The translations under genes were made by a program, and so were the position numbers. Shown piece after piece: positions 47,569-58,119 of a stretch of DNA of 58,240 bases (position 1 is the stretch's first letter; every line of letters begins with the position of its first letter). The stretch comes from a virus (lineage: Duplodnaviria > Caudoviricetes), in IMG/VR virus record IMGVR_UViG_3300046167_000591, positions 1-58,240 of that record; one strand, written 5' to 3'. A model generated the notes under the pieces. The model saw only the letters and a program-made list of their open reading frames with translations. It was not told the origin of the DNA and did not search any database.

Positions 47569-48085
47569 ATGGCTTATAAACAAGAACCTGGAAGAGGTAA
47601 ATCTACTCCGCTTAAAATGGCAGGCGAAAAAATGAAATCAACATCACCAATTATGAAAGCATTAGTTGGTAATCAAGATAAATTACCTGAGCATTTAAAA
47701 AAGAAAATACTAGATGCACCAGAAGATAGTCCAGTTAAAATGTATGGGTCTCCAGTTAAAATGGAAGGTGATAAAGGACCTTTAAAAATGTACAAGTCAC
47801 CAGTTAAAATGAACGGTGGACCTGGCGATGGCGACGACGACGACGATGACAAAAAGAAAGAAAAAACTGTTAAAGTTGGACGTTACATTTACAGAAGAAG
47901 GGTTTAATAAACTATTTGAAAAAGATATTCCTAAACCAAGTGTGCGTGCTAAAAAGCGTGACTATTCTAGAGCACACGCAAGTGGTTTAAGTTCTGAAAA
48001 AAGAGCAGAAAACTTAAAGAAAAGACTTGAAGCTGGTCAAATAAGTGAAGAGAAGTTTAACTCAATGATGAACAGAAATAAATAA
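47569..48085 (+). CDS. Protein with SPxKM repeats (apparent frameshift ~47880)
   Basis: TPLKM, SPIMK, SPVKM x3, GPLKM. Continues in ORF 47816-48085. Confidence 0.6.
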
Positions 48086-48537
48086 TGTCAAATCCAAAAA
48101 AGAAATTTAAAGACACAAAAGTCGGGAAGTTTCTTTTAGGTAAGTCCGGTCTTATTAATACGATCGGAGATGTATTACCAGACAAAGGTGTGTTTGGTAT
48201 TGTTAAAAATCTAATAGATAAAGACCCAGATTTACCACCTCAAGATAAAGAAACAGCTTTAAAGTTGTTAGAGATGGATATAATAGAAATGGAAAATGTT
48301 TCAAAGCGTTGGGATTCTGATATGAAATCAGATTCATGGCTTTCAAAAAACACAAGACCATTAACATTGATATACTTAACATTTATAACAACACTGTATA
48401 TTATACTTGATTCATTAGATATAGCTTTCGATATAGATAGCTCTTGGGTTGAATTATTAAAAACTTTATTAGTCACGATATATGTAGCGTATTTTGGTTC
48501 ACGCGGTTTTGAAAAGTACCAAACAATTAAAAAGTAA
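48085..48537 (+). CDS. Holin (3TM/GTA-type)
   Basis: RWDSDMKSDSWLSKNTRPL, transmembrane helices and AYFGSRGFEK. Confidence 0.7.
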   Translation: MSNPKKKFKDTKVGKFLLGKSGLINTIGDVLPDKGVFGIVKNLIDKDPDLPPQDKETALKLLEMDIIEMENVSKRWDSDMKSDSWLSKNTRPLTLIYLTFITTLYIILDSLDIAFDIDSSWVELLKTLLVTIYVAYFGSRGFEKYQTIKK

Positions 48538-48557
48538 AAACAATTAAATTAAATTCA

Positions 48558-48804
48558 ATGGCAAAAATTAGAGAACACCAACTAAAAAGAATTTTAGAGC
48601 AAATGTCTAGTAAAGACAAATTATTAATAGACATAGGTGATTTAGAAGCTAAAAAACATTCATTATTACATGCACTGCATACTGTTACTCAGGAAATGGA
48701 ACAATACAAAGTCTGAGATGGAAAACGAATACGGTGCAATCAATATAGATCTTTCAGACGGAAGCTATACTAAATTAGATGATAATGGAGAACAAAATTC
48801 GTAA
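48558..48804 (+). CDS. Small coiled-coil protein (apparent frameshift ~48712)
   Basis: MAKIREHQLK...IGDLEAKKHSLLH... then ENEYGAINIDLSDGSY. Confidence 0.6.
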
Positions 48805-49012
48805 GATAAGTATAGGAGCTGACTACAAAAATGAAGCCATGCACTATTCAGTAGGTCAATCCGTTTACGGTGGTCATACTATAAATGCAATATTGTTTGA
48901 GGACTATGATAGCTCATATAATATTTTTATAAAGAAAAACAATGAAGTATTGCCATGGAAAAAGTTTAACTGTAACATGGCTATTTCAGTTGAATACGAT
49001 TTAGAATACTAA
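48785..49012 (+). CDS. Conserved hypothetical protein
   Basis: IRKISIGADYKNEAMHYSVGQ...WKKFN...ISVEYDL. Confidence 0.75.
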   Translation: MENKIRKISIGADYKNEAMHYSVGQSVYGGHTINAILFEDYDSSYNIFIKKNNEVLPWKKFNCNMAISVEYDLEY

Positions 49013-49620
49013 TGAAAAGCGTATCAAGATTTATTGTAAAACCATATAATTCTTTATACAACAACGTAAAAAAAATAGGTGACAATAGCCTCTTATTAAA
49101 TACTAGTATAGAGAGCTTTCGTCACGTTAGTAAAGAAGCATTGGTATTAGCAACCCCAACTATTGATCCTGATTCACCAATAAAGGTAGGAGATATAGTT
49201 ATGATACATCATAACATATTTAGAAGTTATTATGATATTAAGGGTAAAGAGAAAAAAAGTAGCACGTATTTTAAAGATGATATGTACTTAGTATCACCTG
49301 ATCAAATATATGCTTATAAAAGTTTTGATAAATGGTGTGCACATTTAGATTATTGTTTCGTAAAACCTATAGTTGAAACAAGTAATCTAAAGACTCAAAA
49401 AGAGCAAAAGCATATTGGTATATTAAAAATTGGTAATAGTTCCTTAAATGAGCTTAAAATAAGCCCAGAAGACCTGGTAGGATTTAAACCATTTGGGGAG
49501 TTTGAGTTTATCATCGATGATGAGAGACTTTATTGTATGAAATCTAATGATATTGTTATTAAATATGAGCGTAAAGGAAACGAAAAAGAATATAATCCAA
49601 GCTGGGCGAAAAGCAGTTGA
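49012..49620 (+). CDS. Tandem GroES-like-fold protein
   Basis: Two units: FIVKP...ALVLATP...IKVGDIVMIHH, and CFVKP...GILKIG...DLVGFKP...FIIDDERLYCM. Confidence 0.55.
   Translation: MKSVSRFIVKPYNSLYNNVKKIGDNSLLLNTSIESFRHVSKEALVLATPTIDPDSPIKVGDIVMIHHNIFRSYYDIKGKEKKSSTYFKDDMYLVSPDQIYAYKSFDKWCAHLDYCFVKPIVETSNLKTQKEQKHIGILKIGNSSLNELKISPEDLVGFKPFGEFEFIIDDERLYCMKSNDIVIKYERKGNEKEYNPSWAKSS
49078..49126. promoter_or_regulatory. Spaced palindrome, copy 3 (intragenic)
   Basis: GGTGACAATAGCC-N22-GAGCTTTCGTCACG. Shares an exact 12-mer with copy 2. Confidence 0.45.
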
Positions 49621-49840
49621 GGAATTGATTAAAGTAGCTGAAGAGCCGATAGTAGATTCAGGCGATGATATTACGGCTGACAGATTAAAAAACGCAGCAG
49701 CTACAAAAAAGTTAGCAATCTTTGATGCTTTTGAAATACTACAACGTATACAAGACGAAGAAGATATGTTAAACAACAAACCTAAAGAAGAAACTAAAAA
49801 AGATACTTTTGCTGGGTTTGCTGAAAGTAGATCTAGGTAA
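49565..49840 (+). CDS. Putative terminase small subunit
   Basis: Small helical protein coupled (TAATG) to TerL. Confidence 0.5.
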   Translation: MSVKETKKNIIQAGRKAVEELIKVAEEPIVDSGDDITADRLKNAAATKKLAIFDAFEILQRIQDEEDMLNNKPKEETKKDTFAGFAESRSR

Positions 49841-52050
49841 TGTATCAACAAACGTTAATTGAAACATTAGAAGATTATATCAAGCCTCAGGTGGTGAAAC
49901 GCCTTAATAAGTCCAAGAAATGGCAATACGGTTATAACAAAGAACATGACGTTGTTATAATTAGTAAAAATGGATTACTTGGCAAAGTCGTTAAAATAGA
50001 AAACTTAGTTATAGGTTTACCACCTGCACAAGATGTAATTTCTAATAAACAAAAAACATGGGTACCAGCAGAGTACCCTAAAGAATTACAGCGAATAAAA
50101 AGTGTATTTGATTGGAAGCAATATCCAATAGACTTTAAAGAAAAGTGGTATGATTATATTAACGAAGAATTTAGGAGACGTGATGAGGGTATTCACTTCC
50201 TACAGAAAGACAAGCCTATTTATATTACTGGTACTCACTACATGTATTTGCAGTGGTCAAAGATTGATGTTGGGAAGCCAGATTATAGGGAAGCAAACCG
50301 AGTATTCTTTATATTCTGGGAAGCTTGCAAAGCCGATGCTAGATGCTACGGAATGTGTTACCTTAAAAACAGGCGTTCAGGATTCTCATTCATGGCTTCA
50401 GGTGAAGCAGTCAACATGGCAACCATATCCAGTGATTCAAGATTCGGGATATTGTCAAAATCCGGTAGCGACGCAAAAACAATGTTCACAGATAAGGTCG
50501 TACCTATTTCAGCCAACTACCCGTTCTTTTTCAAACCGATACAGGACGGAATGGATAGGCCGAAAACAGAGCTTGCTTACAGGGTACCGGCTTCAAAACT
50601 CACTAGAAGGAAACTGGATCAAAACGACACACCTGATGAACTCGAAGGACTTGACACGACAATAAATTGGAAAAATACAGGTGATAACTCTTACGATGGT
50701 GAAAAGCTTAAATTATTAGTTCACGATGAAAGCGGTAAGTGGGAAAGACCTGATAACATATTAAATAACTGGCGAGTTACTAAAACTTGTTTAAGATTGG
50801 GATCTAAAATTGTAGGTAAGTGCATGATGGGTTCAACATCAAACTCTTTAGATAAAGGAGGCGAAAATTTTAAAAAATTATATTACCAATCAGATGTTAC
50901 AGAAAGAAACCGCAATGGACAGACTAGTTCAGGATTATATTCTTTGTTCATTCCTATGGAATGGAACTACGAGGGATTCATTGATTCTTATGGAATACCT
51001 GTCTTCGATACACCAGAAAAACCAGTTAAAGGTATCGATGGTGAAGAAATAGAAGTTGGTGTAATAGAGCACTGGCAAAACGAAGCTGAAGGTTTAAAAG
51101 ATGATCAAGACGCTTTGAATGAATTTTACAGACAGTTTCCTAGAACAGAGGAACATGCTTTTAGAGATGAAGCAAAACAATCTTTATTTAATCTGACTAA
51201 GCTATATGAGCAAATAGATTATAATGGAGATTTAAGAAACACGGAAATAGTTACTCGCGGAAGTTTTCACTGGGTAGATGGTGTTCAAGATACACAGGTA
51301 CAATTTGTACCAAATAACAACGGAAGATTTTATATTTCTTGGATTCCACCTAAACATTTACAAAACCGTGTAATTATAAAGAATGGAGTTAAAGCTCCGG
51401 GTAATGAGCATTTAGGTGCGTTTGGTTGTGATAGTTATGATATTTCTGGTACAGTAGATAAAAGAGGATCTAATGGTGCATTGCATGGACTTACTAAGTT
51501 TAGTATGGAAGATGTGCCACCAAACAGATTTTTTTTAGAATATGTAGCTAGACCACAAACCGCAGAAATATTTTTTGAAGATGTACTTATGGCATGTGTA
51601 TTTTACGGTATGCCAATACTAGCAGAAAATAACAAACCTAGATTATTATATTATTTTAAAAGAAGAGGCTATAGAGGATTTTCTATGAATCGACCCGATA
51701 AAGTGTATAATAAATTATCTATAACAGAAAGAGATATTGGTGGTATACCAAACTCAGGTGAAGATATTAAACAAGCTCATGCTGCCGCAATAGAATCTTA
51801 TATAGAAACTTATGTAGGATTAAAACAAGATGGTTATGGTGATATGTACTTTAATAGGACATTAAATGATTGGGTAAAATTTAATATAAACAACAGAACG
51901 AAGCATGATGCTTCAATTAGTTCAGGGTTAGCTATAATGGCATGCAATAAACATATGTATACACCTGTAGCACCAAGACAAAGCAAACCTGTTAATTTAG
52001 GTTTAAAAAGATTTGATAACAAAGGATATAGTTCAAAAATAATTAAATAA
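49840..52050 (+). CDS. terL: Terminase large subunit
   Basis: Walker A LKNRRSGFS, Walker B LVHDESGKW, nuclease FGCDSYD...HDASISSGLA. Confidence 0.92.
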   Translation: MYQQTLIETLEDYIKPQVVKRLNKSKKWQYGYNKEHDVVIISKNGLLGKVVKIENLVIGLPPAQDVISNKQKTWVPAEYPKELQRIKSVFDWKQYPIDFKEKWYDYINEEFRRRDEGIHFLQKDKPIYITGTHYMYLQWSKIDVGKPDYREANRVFFIFWEACKADARCYGMCYLKNRRSGFSFMASGEAVNMATISSDSRFGILSKSGSDAKTMFTDKVVPISANYPFFFKPIQDGMDRPKTELAYRVPASKLTRRKLDQNDTPDELEGLDTTINWKNTGDNSYDGEKLKLLVHDESGKWERPDNILNNWRVTKTCLRLGSKIVGKCMMGSTSNSLDKGGENFKKLYYQSDVTERNRNGQTSSGLYSLFIPMEWNYEGFIDSYGIPVFDTPEKPVKGIDGEEIEVGVIEHWQNEAEGLKDDQDALNEFYRQFPRTEEHAFRDEAKQSLFNLTKLYEQIDYNGDLRNTEIVTRGSFHWVDGVQDTQVQFVPNNNGRFYISWIPPKHLQNRVIIKNGVKAPGNEHLGAFGCDSYDISGTVDKRGSNGALHGLTKFSMEDVPPNRFFLEYVARPQTAEIFFEDVLMACVFYGMPILAENNKPRLLYYFKRRGYRGFSMNRPDKVYNKLSITERDIGGIPNSGEDIKQAHAAAIESYIETYVGLKQDGYGDMYFNRTLNDWVKFNINNRTKHDASISSGLAIMACNKHMYTPVAPRQSKPVNLGLKRFDNKGYSSKIIK

Positions 52051-54475
52051 ATGGTTTATACTACAACTCAAAGTTCTTTTCCCGATCAGGTAGTACCAGA
52101 TGCAGAAAAAGATAGTTTAGATTATGGACTTCAAGTAGGCCGCGCTATAGAAGGTGAATGGTGGGATGGAGCTGGTAGCAATTGGGGTAATACCCGATAT
52201 GGATTTAACTACGCAAACTTTCATAGGTTAAGACTTTATGCAAGGGGTGAGCAATCTATACAAAAGTACAAAGATGAACTTGCTATAAACGGTGATCTTT
52301 CGTATTTAAACATTGACTGGAAGCCAATACCTGTTATACCAAAGTTTGTAGATATTGTGGTAAATGGTATGTCTCAAAGAAATCACGAGATAAAAGCATA
52401 CAGCCAAGACCCTGGATCAATAAGAGCTAAAACACAGTTTGCTTCTAATGTAATGCAAGATATGCAGCAACAAGAAGAAAATGCAATACTGGAACAAGCT
52501 ACTGGTATGAACTTTGCTAAAAGTCAATTAGGTAAAGAAAAAATATTACCAGAATCAAAAGAAGAGTTAGAGCTATATTTACAATTAAACTATAAGCAGC
52601 AAATTGAAATATCTCAAGAAGAATTAATAAATAACTTTTTAGATAAAAATAAATACCAGTTAATAAAAAGAAGATTAATAGAAGATTTAACTATTATAGG
52701 TATTGCTGCTACTAAAACAAGTTTTAATCAAGCTGAAGGTATTACTGTTGATTATGTAGACCCTGCTAATATTGTTTATAGCTACACAGAAGATCCAAAC
52801 TTTGAAGATTTATATTATGTGGGTGAAGTTAAAAACATTTCACTACCAGAACTTAAAAAAGAATTTCCTTACTTAACGGATGAAGATTTAAAAGAAATAC
52901 AATCATACAATAGTAATAATTATAATTATACACATAATTACGATTCTAATAATGATGATAATACTGTTCAGGTTATTTATTTTGAATACAAAACATTTAA
53001 AAACCAAGTATTTAAAATTAAACAAACTGATTTTGGTTTAGAAAAAGCAATTGAAAAAACCGACGAATTTAACCCACCAGAAAGCGACAACTTTAAAAAA
53101 GCGTTTAGAGCAATAGAAGTTCTTTATTCTGGTGCAAAAATATTAGGTCATAATAAAATGCTTAAATGGGAGCTTGCAGAAAATATGACAAGACCATATG
53201 CAGATACAACAAAAGTTCAAATGAATTATAGTATTTGTGCTCCTAAAATGTATAAAGGTAGAATTGAATCTTTAGTAGGCCGTATAACCAGCTTCGCTGA
53301 CATGATTCAATTAACACATTTAAAGCTACAACAAGTAATGTCAAGAATGGTGCCAGACGGTGTATATCTTGATGTTGATGGTTTAGCTGAAGTTGATTTG
53401 GGTAATGGTACTAATTACAATCCAGCGGAAGCACTTAATATGTATTTTCAAACTGGTAGTATAGTTGGTAGATCGTTAACACAAGACGGTGATTTAAACA
53501 GAGGTAAAGTACCTATTCAAGAATTACAAACATCATCTGGTCAAGCTAAAATAGCTTCTTTAATTAATACATACCAGTATTACTTACAGATGATACGTGA
53601 TGTGACGGGATTAAACGAAGCACGTGATGGTAGCACACCGGATAAAGATGCTTTAGTAGGTATTCAAAAACTTGCTGCTGCTAATTCTAACACAGCTACA
53701 AGACATATATTACAAGCTAGGTTTATATTTAACATTGAAAACTTGTGAAAATATATCGCTTAGAGTTTCTGATGCTATTAAGTTTCCATTAACTTATTCA
53801 TCTTTAATACACAGTATAAATCCTTTTAACGTTGAAGCGTTAGAAGAAATTAAAGATAAAAATATATTTGATTTTGGTATTTACTTAGAGTTAGAGCCAG
53901 ACGAAGAAGATCAAGCTAAGTTAGAACAAAACATACAAGTAGCACTGCAGTCAGGAAGTATAGACTTGGAAGATGCGATAGATATACGTAATATTAAAAA
54001 CGTTGACTTAGCTAATCAAGCTATCAAGTTAAAGCGTAGAAAGAAAGAAGAAAGAATGCAGGCTGCGCAACAAGCTAATATTCAAGCGCAGGCACAAGCT
54101 AATGCTCAAGCATCAGAAGCCGCTGCTCTTGCTGAAGTACAAAAACAACAAGCTCTTAACGCTAGTAAAGTTGAACTTGAAAAAGCTAAAGCTGGTTTTG
54201 AATTAGAAAAGCTTAGAACAGAAGCTAGTTTAAAACAACAATTAATGCAAGTTGAATTTGATTTTAACATGCAATTAACACAAGCTAGAGAAGGTGCTAA
54301 GAAAACTAATGAAGAATACAAAGAAGATCGTAAAGACGAAAGAACAAAAATACAAGCGACGCAACAATCAGAATTGATTGAACAAAGAAAAGGAGCTGGA
54401 GGGCCAAAGAATTTTGAATCTGCTGGCTTTGACACCATGGGTGGATTTGGCTTAGAACAATTCGATCCAAAGTAA
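52051..54475 (+). CDS. Portal protein (apparent frameshift ~53720)
   Basis: Directly after TerL. IPKFVDIVVNG and IRDVTGLNEARDG. ORFs 52051-53748 and 53672-54475 join. Confidence 0.85.
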
Positions 54476-54507
54476 AATAGTTTATTAATCTTATATTATA
54501 TTATATT

Positions 54508-55686
54508 ATGTCTGAAGTAAAAGAAGAAGGCACTTTTAAAATAAAAAAGAAGCCTAAATTAAAAAACATGGAGCAGCCAGAAGTTATTAAAGTTGACTTA
54601 GCTAATCCGCCAAAAAAAGAAGAAGATGCCGTTCAAGAGCAAATCACAGATGATAGCAATGATATTGTCGGACAACCCGAAAACGCGACAAACAGCGAAA
54701 AAGTGGTTGAAGAAGTACGGGACGCCGTTGAAGAAAAAGAAGAAAATGTAATTGAAGAAATTAGCGATGAAGCTACAGGTAGTACCGAAGGAACAGTGGA
54801 AGGCAGCAACGAGAGTGCCACCACCTTACAAGACAAAGAAGCAATATTGCAGGAAGCACAAGCACAAGCCCAACTTCCAGAAAACGTAGACAGTCTTGTA
54901 AAATTTATGAGTGAAACAGGCGGCAGCATAGAAGACTATGTTAGATTAAACGCCGATTACTCTAACGTTGATAGTAACGTATTATTACGAGAATACTATA
55001 AACAAAGTAAACCTCATCTAGATGCAGAAGACGTAAGTATACTTATGGAAGACTTTACTTACGATGAAGATGTAGATGATGATAAAGAAATACGCAAAAA
55101 GAAAATTGCGTATAAAGAAGAGGTAGCAAAAGCTAAAACCTTTTTGAATGGTTTGAAAGATAATTACTACAAGGAAGTGAAGTCACGACCTGGTGTATCT
55201 GGACAACAACAAAAGGCGATAGACTTTTTCAACCGATATAGTCAACAACAAGAAGTTGCAGAAAAACAGCATCAGGATTTTATTACTAAAAGTAACGAAA
55301 TCTTTTCAAATGAGTTTAAAGGTTTTGAATTCAATTTAGGTGAAAAGAAAGTAAATTATAAGTTATCAAATCCGTCTGCGGTAGCTGAAACACAATCTAA
55401 CATTGGCAATGTTTTAGGGAAGTTCCTTAACGAAGATGGCAGTGTAAAAGATCCAGTAGGTTATCACAAAGCTATGTATGCAGCTAGAAACGCTGACACT
55501 TTAATTAAACAGTTTTACGAACAAGGTAAAGCCGATGCTATTAAAGAGATCGAAGCTAAGTCTAAGAATATCTCAGGCGAGGCCCGGAAGTCTCTAGCAG
55601 GGCAAGACGTGTTTGTAAACGGTATAAAAGTAAAAGCTATTAATGGTGTTGACTCTAGTAAATTAAAAATTAAAAAGAAATTTTAA
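54508..55686 (+). CDS. Putative capsid scaffolding protein
   Basis: Acidic disordered N-terminus and helical core. Lies between portal and MCP. Confidence 0.6.
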   Translation: MSEVKEEGTFKIKKKPKLKNMEQPEVIKVDLANPPKKEEDAVQEQITDDSNDIVGQPENATNSEKVVEEVRDAVEEKEENVIEEISDEATGSTEGTVEGSNESATTLQDKEAILQEAQAQAQLPENVDSLVKFMSETGGSIEDYVRLNADYSNVDSNVLLREYYKQSKPHLDAEDVSILMEDFTYDEDVDDDKEIRKKKIAYKEEVAKAKTFLNGLKDNYYKEVKSRPGVSGQQQKAIDFFNRYSQQQEVAEKQHQDFITKSNEIFSNEFKGFEFNLGEKKVNYKLSNPSAVAETQSNIGNVLGKFLNEDGSVKDPVGYHKAMYAARNADTLIKQFYEQGKADAIKEIEAKSKNISGEARKSLAGQDVFVNGIKVKAINGVDSSKLKIKKKF

Positions 55687-55703
55687 CTTAAAACCGTATT
55701 ATT

Positions 55704-57134
55704 ATGGCTATTGCACCTACGTTTGGGACGTTAATCCCTACACTCGCCAAAGGCGCTATAACTCCAGGTTCTTACTTAGATTTTACAAGTGGAGCTGGAA
55801 ATGACTTCTCTCAGCAGTATTTACCTGAGATTTACGAACAAGAAATAGAAAGATATGGAAACCGTACGCTTTCTGGATTCTTAAGCATGGTTGGCGCTGA
55901 AATGCCAATGACATCTGATCAAGTTGTATGGTCTGAACAAAACAGACTACACATCTCTTATAACGCTTGTACTATTGCAGCTAATAACGATGCTACTATT
56001 ACTATCGAAGATAGTGCTGGTTCTATTGCTGCTGGTAAAAATCAAGCTATTAGACTTAATTCTTTAATTGTAGTTATTGATCCTGTTACTGGTACAGAAT
56101 CAAAAGCAATTGTAAAAGGAACTACAGCTACAACAGTTGAAGCACACCCATTTGGCGCTGCTACTTGGCCTGGTGCTCTTGTTGGTACTCCTTTAAAAGT
56201 ATTTGTATTTGGATCTGAGTTCAATAAAGGAACTGGCGGACAAGCAGATACTATTGATCCTCAATTTACTCAGTTTAGTAACTCACCTATTATCATTAAA
56301 GATAAATATGGAGTTAATGGATCTGACACTGCTCAAATTGGATGGGTTGAAATTGCTACTGAAGCTGGTGATTCTGGTTTCTTATGGTACTTAAAAGCTG
56401 AAGGTGAAACTCGTTTGAGATTCAACGATTACTTAGAAATGACTTTAGTTGAAGCTGAAAAAGCTGTTGCTGGTACTGGTGGTATTTCTGCTGATGCTCA
56501 AGGAGCTAAAGGTACTGAAGGTCTTTTTGCTGCTATTGAAGGCAGAGGTAACGTTGTTACTGGATATGGTGGAACTCTTCCTGAGTTTGATGATATTCTT
56601 AAGAACTTAGATTCTCAAGGAGCTATCGAAGAAAACATGCTTTTCTTAGACAGACAAACTTCTCTTGATATTGATGATATGTTAGCTGGTCTTTCTGCTG
56701 GTGCTAATGGTGGTACTGCTTATGGATTATTTGAAAACTCTGCTGATATGGCTTTAAATCTTGGATTTACTGGTTTCAGAAGAGGTTCTTATGATTTCTA
56801 CAAGACTGATTGGAAATACTTAAACGATGCTTCTACTCGTGGTGGTGACAATTCTTTTGCTGCTGGAGATTCTGATAACATCGACGGTGTATTAATTCCT
56901 GCTGGAACTTCTACTGTTTATGATCAAACTTTAGGAACTAACATCAGACGTCCATTCTTACATACTCGTTATAGAGCTTCTGAAGCTGACGATAGAAGAA
57001 TGAAATCTTGGATAACTGGATCTGTTGGAGGAGTTTATACTTCTGATGAAGATCAAATGAACGTACACTTCTTATCTGAAAGATGTTTATGTGTTCAAGG
57101 AGCTAATAACTTCGTACTTTTCAAAGCTAGCTAG
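55704..57134 (+). CDS. Major capsid protein
   Basis: 476 aa with strongly biased codons. QQYLPEIYE...ERYGNRT, WSEQNRLH, GTEGLFAAI, LGFTGFRRGSYDFYK. Followed by a terminator. Confidence 0.88.
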   Translation: MAIAPTFGTLIPTLAKGAITPGSYLDFTSGAGNDFSQQYLPEIYEQEIERYGNRTLSGFLSMVGAEMPMTSDQVVWSEQNRLHISYNACTIAANNDATITIEDSAGSIAAGKNQAIRLNSLIVVIDPVTGTESKAIVKGTTATTVEAHPFGAATWPGALVGTPLKVFVFGSEFNKGTGGQADTIDPQFTQFSNSPIIIKDKYGVNGSDTAQIGWVEIATEAGDSGFLWYLKAEGETRLRFNDYLEMTLVEAEKAVAGTGGISADAQGAKGTEGLFAAIEGRGNVVTGYGGTLPEFDDILKNLDSQGAIEENMLFLDRQTSLDIDDMLAGLSAGANGGTAYGLFENSADMALNLGFTGFRRGSYDFYKTDWKYLNDASTRGGDNSFAAGDSDNIDGVLIPAGTSTVYDQTLGTNIRRPFLHTRYRASEADDRRMKSWITGSVGGVYTSDEDQMNVHFLSERCLCVQGANNFVLFKAS

Positions 57135-57147
57135 ACTAGATTTATTT

Positions 57148-57180
57148 AAAGTCCCGGGTCTTCGGACCTGGGGTTTTATT
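57148..57180 (+). terminator. Intrinsic terminator after MCP
   Basis: CCCGGGTC-TTCG-GACCTGGG followed by GTTTTATT. Confidence 0.85.
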
Positions 57181-57210
57181 ATTTTTTAAATTATTTAATT
57201 ATATTATATT

Positions 57211-58053
57211 ATGGCAAAACAAGCTGCAAAAAAGCCTGCTGCAAAAACAGTTGAGGCACAAACTGAAATTTTAGAAACACCCGTTGCTGAGGTTAAAAAG
57301 TCAAAACCTAAAAAACCTGAATGGGAAATTAAAGATAGGCATTATTTTTTAAGTGGAAATAAAATGCCTTTAACATTTACATTACCATCAAGACATACAC
57401 GTAAATATCCTTTACTATGGTTTGATGAAAACAATGGAGTACAAAAAGAAATTAGATACGCTACTAATCAAAATTCTGTTTTTGTAGACGAACAAAAAGG
57501 TGAATGTACATTAGGACATATTATGTTTAAAAATGGTCACTTGCATGTTCCAAAAGAAAGACAACAATTACAAAAGCTTTTATCATTGTATCACCCTCAT
57601 AAAGGGCATAAGTATACTGAAAAAGATGAAGTATTAGAAGCTACAAATGAATTAGATTGGATTGAAGCAGAAATTGACGCTTTAATGGCTGCTAGAGATA
57701 TGGAAGTTGATCAAGCTGAGGCTATATTAAGAGTTGAGCTAGGATCTAAAGTATCTAGTATGTCTTCTAAAGAAATTAAACGAGATTTATTAATATTTGC
57801 TAAAAGAAATCCAATATTATTTATTGAATTAGCAAATGATGATAACGTACAGCTTAGAAACTTTGGTATCAAAGCCGCTGAGTTAGGACTTATTAAACTG
57901 TCTCAAGATCAAAGAACGTTTACATGGGGAGCTACAAATAGAAAATTAATGACTGTTCCTTTCGATGAAAACCCATACTCTGCATTCGCTGCATTCTTAA
58001 AAACAGACGAAGGCGTTGAAGTATATAGATCAATTGAGAAAAAATTGATATAA
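57211..58053 (+). CDS. Conserved protein following MCP (crAss-like structural cluster)
   Basis: 280 aa, with EIRYATNQNSVFVDEQ and LQKLLSLYHP. Confidence 0.7.
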   Translation: MAKQAAKKPAAKTVEAQTEILETPVAEVKKSKPKKPEWEIKDRHYFLSGNKMPLTFTLPSRHTRKYPLLWFDENNGVQKEIRYATNQNSVFVDEQKGECTLGHIMFKNGHLHVPKERQQLQKLLSLYHPHKGHKYTEKDEVLEATNELDWIEAEIDALMAARDMEVDQAEAILRVELGSKVSSMSSKEIKRDLLIFAKRNPILFIELANDDNVQLRNFGIKAAELGLIKLSQDQRTFTWGATNRKLMTVPFDENPYSAFAAFLKTDEGVEVYRSIEKKLI

Positions 58054-58072
58054 ACACGTAATAATAGTTATA
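58052..58072 (+). promoter_or_regulatory. Putative late promoter
   Basis: AAACACGTAATAATAGTTATA, followed by the hairpin TAGAGGTGGT-GCT-GCCGCCTCTA. Confidence 0.6.
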
Positions 58073-58119
58073 GAGGTGGTGCTGCCGCCTCTATACTCTA
58101 TTATTTAAAACAAATATAA

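Noticed and set aside
500-53750. Frameshifts (~510, 985, 1230, 6950-7410, 18760, 41410, 42425, 43275, 47530, 47880, 48712, 53720) as programmed frameshifts or pseudogenes
   Set aside because: They hit essential genes such as portal and tail, mostly as single extra bases, lack consistent slippery sites and cluster at ~7 kb. Sequencing indels are the likeliest cause.
3179-56394. Many short antisense or alternate-frame ORFs in the track (e.g. 7771-8208, 20892-21359, 44010-44591, 50150-50665)
   Set aside because: They are nested in well-supported genes and have no motifs or leader signals.
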